Assembly: GCA_963737265.1 (NCBI GenBank)
Contig: CAVTRY010000011.1
Location: forward strand, 96,001 to 160,000
Source of the DNA: an uncultured delta proteobacterium
GTDB taxonomy: Bacteria; Myxococcota_A; Polyangia; Fen-1088
DNA: 64,000 bases
Reading direction: 5' to 3'
Shown piece by piece: positions 59,042 through 64,000 of this stretch (the stretch's first letter is position 1; each line of letters starts with the position of its first letter). The notes under the pieces are model-generated. The model was not told the origin of the DNA. It saw nothing but the letters and a program-made list of their open reading frames with translations, and made no database searches. Position numbers and translations under genes: made by a program.

Positions 59042-62000
59042 ATGGATCGGATGGGCGGCCGTCGACGCGACAGCCGGGGAAAATCAGGACTCATTGCCGG
59101 GCGATTTCGGCTGCAAGACGTTGTCGCGTCTGGCGGCATGGGGGAGGTGTATCGCGCGCGCGACGTGGTTTCGCACATCCAAGTTTGTGTGAAGCTGTTG
59201 CGCACCGACGAGGATCGCGACGGCGAGCGCTTCGTGCAGGAGGCGAAGATTCTTTCCGTGCTCCAACATCCGTCCATCGTGCGCTACCTCGCCCACGGTG
59301 TTGTGGGTGGCGATCGCTATCTCGTGATGGAGTGGCTGGAGGGCGAAGACCTTGCGCGCAGGCTCGAACGTGAGCCACCCGGGCTGGTCGATACGGTGGT
59401 TCTGCTCAGGCAAGCGGCCGAGGCGCTGGCCTATGCGCACGCGCACGAAATCGTCCATCGCGACATCAAGCCGCAGAATCTGTTTCTTCTCGAACGCAAG
59501 ATCGATCAGCTCAAGGTGCTGGATTACGGCATCGCCAAGCTGGTGAACGCGGACCGGCGCCTCACGCGGACCGGGAATCTTGTCGGCACGCCCGGCTACC
59601 TCGCGCCCGAAACCATCGACGGCACGGGCAATCTGGACGGACGGGCCGACATCTTTTCGCTCGGCTGCGTGGCGCACGAGTGTTTGACCGGCAAGCCCAC
59701 CTTTCGCGGCCACGAGCCCGGCGTCCTGCTGGCCAAGCTGATGCTGGAGGATCCGCCGCATCTCTCCGAGATCGTGCCCGAGGTTCCGCGCGCGGTCGGC
59801 GATCTGGTGGCGCGCATGCTGGCCAAGAATCCCGAACGGCGACCGACAGCAGCGCAGGTGCTGCGGACCTTGGCGGCGATGGGCGATCTGTCCGACGGGT
59901 CAGGCTCGTCGTTCGGGCGCTTGCAGGAGACCCATCTCACGGTGGTGGAACAGCGGGTGAGCTGCATCGTCATGGCCACGGCGGACACGCGCAGAACGGG
60001 CGAAACGACGGCGCCGGGGTCGATGCGGGTTGCGCCGGCGTTGGCCTCCGCGGCGGCGCTACCCAATCTTGCCGAGCTCGAAGCGCGCCTGTCGCTGCGC
60101 ATGTCGGCCAAGACCCATGTCCTGCCCGACGGAAAGATCATCGTGACCCTGCCCGAGGGAACCGTCGCTTCCGATCAGGCCATCCTCGCCGCGCGCTGTG
60201 CCCTGTTCGTTCATGAGCATCTGCCGGAATCCGCGGTGGTGGTGGCGCTCGGCATCGCTCGTCTGTCCCACCGCTCCGCAGTGGGCAGCGTCATCGAGCA
60301 GGCGGCGAGCCTGCTGCGCGCGACCGGGCCCGGCCGCGTGCGGGTGGACGAAGGAATTGCGTCGTTTCTCGGCGCGCGCTTCGAGCTGGTTCGCGACGAG
60401 GCTGGCGTGCACCTGCTGGCGCAGCACGAGACTCTGGAAGGCAAGCGCAGTCTGCTCGGTCGGCCCGCGACCTTCCTGGGGCGCGGACAGGAGCTGTCGT
60501 TCATGGCCGGGCTGCTGACCGACGCGGCCTTTGAGCGCCAGGCGATTGCCGTGCTGGTGTGCGGGCCGGCTGGCATCGGCAAGTCGCGGCTACTGCAAGA
60601 ATTCATGACCTGGCTCAAAGCCAGGCCCGAACCGATTCTCGTGCTTGTTGGCGCCGGGGATTCCCTGGCCGCCGGGGCACCTTTCGCCCTGCTCGGCCGA
60701 GCCATTCGCCGCCTGGCCGGGATCGCCGAGACCGACAGCGAGGACGAGCACCGGCGCAAACTGGCGGAGTGCGTCGGCAAGCACCTTCCCGCGCCGTCGT
60801 GCGCGGGCGTGACGGCGTTTATCGGCGAGATCGGCGGCGTCACTTTCCCCGAGTCCGCGCACGAATCGCTGCGGGGCGCACGCCAGAATCCGGTCTTGAT
60901 GGCCGATGCCACCCGCCGCGCGTTCGAGGAATGGATGCGCGCGGAGTGCGAGGCCAACCCGGTGCTGGTCGTGCTGGAAGACATGCAGTGGGGCGATGCT
61001 GGAACCGTGGGGCTGCTCGACGGCGCGCTTCGCAACCTGCGCGATCAACCGTTCATGGTGCTGGCGCTGGCGCGTCCGGATCTGCAGACGGTGTTTCCCA
61101 ATCTGTGGGCCGAGCGCCAGGTTCACGTCATTCAGTTGCCGCCGCTTTCCCGGCGTGCGAGCGAGCGCCTGGTGCGCGATGCGCTGGGAAGTTCCGTGGC
61201 CGACGACGTGGTGTCGCAGATCCTCTTGCGCGGCGACGGCAATCCGTTTTTCCTGGAAGAATTGGTGCGCGCGGCGCACGCCGGACGATCGGGCGAGGTT
61301 CCCGAACCGGTGCTGGGCATGGTGCAGGCGCGCCTCGAGGCCGAGGGACCGGACGGGCGGCGCGTTCTGCGCGCGGCCGCGGTGTTTGGCGAAACCTTTT
61401 CCCGCGATGGCGTGGCGGCGCTACTGGGCGGCGAGCGACCCGGCGTGGGCGAGGCGCTGGAGCGCCTGACCGATCGCGAATTGGTCAACCTGGCAGTGCC
61501 TTCCATCGCCTCGGACGGCAGCCCGGCCTTCACCTTTGCCCACGCCCTGATTCGCGAGGCGGCCTACGCCATGCTCACCGACGAAGATCGCCAGCTTGGC
61601 CATCGCCTGGCGGCCAAGTGGCTGCTCGAGCATAGCTCGCCCGAGCCCATCGCCCTGGCCGAGCACTTTCGCCGCGGCAGCGATCCGCGCAGCGCAGCCT
61701 TTTGGTACCGGCGCGCGGCCGAGCAGGCGCTCAAGTCGAACGATCTTCGCGGCGCCATCGCGCGCGCGGCGCTTGGGCTGTCCGCGCTTGGCACCGACGC
61801 AGCCGACGCGCAGTCGGGCGAGATGCGCGGCGCGTTGTGGTTGGTGCAAGCCGAGGCGCACCGTTGGTGCGGGGAATTGTCGCGCGCCGAATCGGCGGGC
61901 GGGGCGGCCTTGGCGCTGCTTGTGCCCGGTTCGCCAGTCTGGTTCCGCGCCGCGGGACAAACCATCGTGGCACTCGGCAGCCAGGGCAAGACGCACGAGC

Positions 62001-63037
62001 TCGGCTCGCTGGTGGCCAAGGTGCGCGCGGTGGAGCCGCAGCTCGAGGCGCGCGATGCCTTCCTGGTGTGCCTCAGCGAGGGTGCGAACCACCTCATCGC
62101 CGCCGGCCACCTGGCCTCGGCGGACGCCTTGCTCGAAGAGGCCGCGCGTCTCGCCAGCTATTTTTCCGATCTCGAGCCGCAAGCTTCGGGGCTGGTCCAC
62201 AAGGCGCGCGCGGCGCGCGCGGCGGCGCGGGGGGAAAACATGGCTTGCCTCGAAGAGCTGGAAACGGCCTGGGCGTCGTTCGAGCAGGCGGGCGACCAGC
62301 GCAACGCCATCGCGGTACGATCGAGCATCGGCACGGTCTACGCCGACCTGGGCGACACCGGCCGGGCAGTCGAGCTTTTGCGCGAGGTGGTGGCCAGCGC
62401 GGATCGGCTGGGGCTGCCGGAGATCGCCGCCATTGGCCGCCGCGATCTCGCGCGCGTTCTCGGCTGGCGGCGCGAAACCGCCGAGGCAGAGCGCCTGGTG
62501 CGCCAGGCGATGGCAATCCTGGGCGCGCGCGGGGAATCGCGCGAGGAGGGCTTGGCCGCGGGCTACCTCGCCGAGATTTTGCTGTCCGTCGGCCGCTGCG
62601 ACGAGGCCGCCGTCCAGGCCGAACGAGCGGCGGCGATTCTGACCATGGCGCCGGCAGAGCGGGCCTTCGCGCTGGCCGTGCTCGCGCGCGCCAGGCTTGG
62701 CCGCGGCCTGGTGGCGCAGGCGTCGGTGTTCGCGCACGAGGCGTACTACGGCGCGCTCGAATCGCTCGGCATGATGGGAGAGAGCGAGACGGTGGTGTTC
62801 CTGGCGTATGGGGAATGCCTGCTCGCCGCGCGCGACCTGGAAGCCGCGCACAAGGTGCTGGCGCGAGCGCGCGAGCGGTTGCTGCTCCGTTCGGGGAAGC
62901 TTGGGCCACGGGGCAATCAGGCCGCGTTTCGCGCGCAGGTTCCCCACAACGCCGAGATTCTGCGCCTGGCCGACATCAACCTAGGACCCGTCCGCGCCAC
63001 GGCCGACGACGACCAAGCGCTGCGGGCCGCGAAATAG
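59042..63037 (+). CDS. Ser/Thr protein kinase fused to a degenerate cyclase-like linker, STAND-type ATPase and TPR repeats
   Basis: SGGMGEVY, VKLL, HRDIKPQN, DYG, GTPGYLAPE; Walker A GPAGIGKS, Walker B VLEDMQW, GNPFFLEE; TPR-rich C-terminus. Confidence 0.9.
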   Translation: MDRMGGRRRDSRGKSGLIAGRFRLQDVVASGGMGEVYRARDVVSHIQVCVKLLRTDEDRDGERFVQEAKILSVLQHPSIVRYLAHGVVGGDRYLVMEWLEGEDLARRLEREPPGLVDTVVLLRQAAEALAYAHAHEIVHRDIKPQNLFLLERKIDQLKVLDYGIAKLVNADRRLTRTGNLVGTPGYLAPETIDGTGNLDGRADIFSLGCVAHECLTGKPTFRGHEPGVLLAKLMLEDPPHLSEIVPEVPRAVGDLVARMLAKNPERRPTAAQVLRTLAAMGDLSDGSGSSFGRLQETHLTVVEQRVSCIVMATADTRRTGETTAPGSMRVAPALASAAALPNLAELEARLSLRMSAKTHVLPDGKIIVTLPEGTVASDQAILAARCALFVHEHLPESAVVVALGIARLSHRSAVGSVIEQAASLLRATGPGRVRVDEGIASFLGARFELVRDEAGVHLLAQHETLEGKRSLLGRPATFLGRGQELSFMAGLLTDAAFERQAIAVLVCGPAGIGKSRLLQEFMTWLKARPEPILVLVGAGDSLAAGAPFALLGRAIRRLAGIAETDSEDEHRRKLAECVGKHLPAPSCAGVTAFIGEIGGVTFPESAHESLRGARQNPVLMADATRRAFEEWMRAECEANPVLVVLEDMQWGDAGTVGLLDGALRNLRDQPFMVLALARPDLQTVFPNLWAERQVHVIQLPPLSRRASERLVRDALGSSVADDVVSQILLRGDGNPFFLEELVRAAHAGRSGEVPEPVLGMVQARLEAEGPDGRRVLRAAAVFGETFSRDGVAALLGGERPGVGEALERLTDRELVNLAVPSIASDGSPAFTFAHALIREAAYAMLTDEDRQLGHRLAAKWLLEHSSPEPIALAEHFRRGSDPRSAAFWYRRAAEQALKSNDLRGAIARAALGLSALGTDAADAQSGEMRGALWLVQAEAHRWCGELSRAESAGGAALALLVPGSPVWFRAAGQTIVALGSQGKTHELGSLVAKVRAVEPQLEARDAFLVCLSEGANHLIAAGHLASADALLEEAARLASYFSDLEPQASGLVHKARAARAAARGENMACLEELETAWASFEQAGDQRNAIAVRSSIGTVYADLGDTGRAVELLREVVASADRLGLPEIAAIGRRDLARVLGWRRETAEAERLVRQAMAILGARGESREEGLAAGYLAEILLSVGRCDEAAVQAERAAAILTMAPAERAFALAVLARARLGRGLVAQASVFAHEAYYGALESLGMMGESETVVFLAYGECLLAARDLEAAHKVLARARERLLLRSGKLGPRGNQAAFRAQVPHNAEILRLADINLGPVRATADDDQALRAAK

Positions 63038-63069
63038 CAAAAGGCCCACTTCCCGAAGGAGGTGGGCCT
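63038..63069 (-). terminator. Rho-independent terminator with UUCG tetraloop (possibly bidirectional)
   Basis: Minus strand AGGCCCACCTCC-TTCG-GGAAGTGGGCCT followed by TTTG (T4 run including the last stem base), between convergent genes. Confidence 0.8.
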
Positions 63070-63100
63070 CGAATGAGACTGCTTGTCCTGCGCTAGCGAC

Positions 63101-64000
63101 TTATTGAATTGTATAAACGCACTCGGGAATCGTGCTTCCGTCGACGCAAGTGCGGCAACTCATGTTGATCTTCGTGCCGGCAGGAACCGCGGCAACGTTC
63201 GGATCCACGACTATGTTGATGAGCTGACCTACCCCTGCGCCTTGCGTGCCCGAGCACTTGGTTGTGTCATAGACCAGCTTCCAGCACGGACGTGTCGGCT
63301 GAGCCGTATCTGCAACACCTGTCTGGCATTGAGGCATGGCGCTATTGGGGTCCTCAGTTGGAACGCCCTGGGCGTTCGGCTCTGCATAGGCGACGTGGCA
63401 ATCAGGCTGGAGACCCGGCGTGGCGGTATCGGTGTCGAGCAGCGTGGCGTTCACGCAAAGGTTCGTCAGGTGCTTCGCAATGGTGACTCCGATTGTTTTC
63501 ATTGATGCCGCGAAGTCGGGCTGGCAGATGCTGTACTTGAGGCCATTGTCGCCGAATTCGTTGATGAAAGCGTCCATGCGCAAGCCGCCTGTCGCGCCAA
63601 AGGCGATGCTAGCCTGGTAGCCGGCCTGAGTTGTCGGGTCGTTCCCGGCCAGTGGGTGATTGGGATCGTAGCAGATCGGCCAGTAGTCATAGACCGTGGG
63701 ATGGGCGGTGTCGGCCGTGTTCTGATTGAAGAGCTTGTCGACCTTGTATGGAGTGGTCGTATCCCCATCGAGCGGAACGCCATAGATGCCCGCCACCAGG
63801 ATGTTGGTGGGATCGCTCTTCAAGCTCTTGATGGTATTGGCCAGGTTGTGAATATCCCTGAGTGGGCTGCAGGTTGTAGGCTGGTCTGTGTTGGTCGTCC
63901 CATTGCCGTCAAGCGGATTGGGACACGAGTCGGTCCTGGCAGCGCAGTCCGAATACGTGTGTGTGAACGCTGCCGTGGTGGGATAGCCAGGGGGAGTGTC
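63101..64000 (-). CDS. C-terminal part of a Cys-rich myxobacterial exported (vWA-associated) protein; starts beyond the window
   Basis: Frame open to base 64000; LKSDPTNILVAGIYG, SICQPDF, CVNATLLDTDTATPGLQPDC and PCWKL motifs resemble Polyangia vWA-domain proteins. Confidence 0.6.
   Translation of the reverse strand, partial: DTPPGYPTTAAFTHTYSDCAARTDSCPNPLDGNGTTNTDQPTTCSPLRDIHNLANTIKSLKSDPTNILVAGIYGVPLDGDTTTPYKVDKLFNQNTADTAHPTVYDYWPICYDPNHPLAGNDPTTQAGYQASIAFGATGGLRMDAFINEFGDNGLKYSICQPDFAASMKTIGVTIAKHLTNLCVNATLLDTDTATPGLQPDCHVAYAEPNAQGVPTEDPNSAMPQCQTGVADTAQPTRPCWKLVYDTTKCSGTQGAGVGQLINIVVDPNVAAVPAGTKINMSCRTCVDGSTIPECVYTIQ

Overview
GC-rich bacterial chromosomal window. Myxococcota (probably Polyangia-like) is inferred from an AgmX/PglI-type domain, a Ser/Thr kinase-STAND ATPase-TPR protein and a Cys-rich vWA-associated protein. 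From left to right it holds five blocks. (1) A minus-strand flagellar operon: secreted TPR-like gene, REC-less sigma54 activator, flgB-flgC-fliE-fliF-fliG-fliH-fliI, a MotE-like gene and a very long FliK-like gene, with two sigma54 -24/-12 promoters. (2) A ~22 kb hydrogen-metabolism island: hypFCDE divergent from a group 3d [NiFe] hoxFUYH-hoxW, a REC protein and membrane kinase, then rex heading a trimeric [FeFe]-hydrogenase whose HydB is fused to a GltD/NfnB-like NADPH module, a second REC protein, a group C [FeFe]-hydrogenase-histidine kinase fusion, a REC-kinase hybrid and a TM1266-like regulator, with a CheX-like gene converging on it. (3) A partial complex I cluster nuoABCD-G-H-I with no nuoEF or nuoJ-N. 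(4) An EF-G paralogue, rrf2-metX-metW-hemN, a peroxiredoxin and a hemerythrin. (5) Typical myxobacterial accessory genes. At least five apparent frameshifts suggest long-read indel errors rather than true pseudogenes. No rRNA, tRNA, CRISPR or transposase was recognised. The most interesting element is the dual [NiFe]/[FeFe] hydrogenase island with its NAD/NADP hybrid HydB and a putative H2-sensing phosphorelay that has no DNA-binding output domain. All calls come from motif reading only; no database searches were run.
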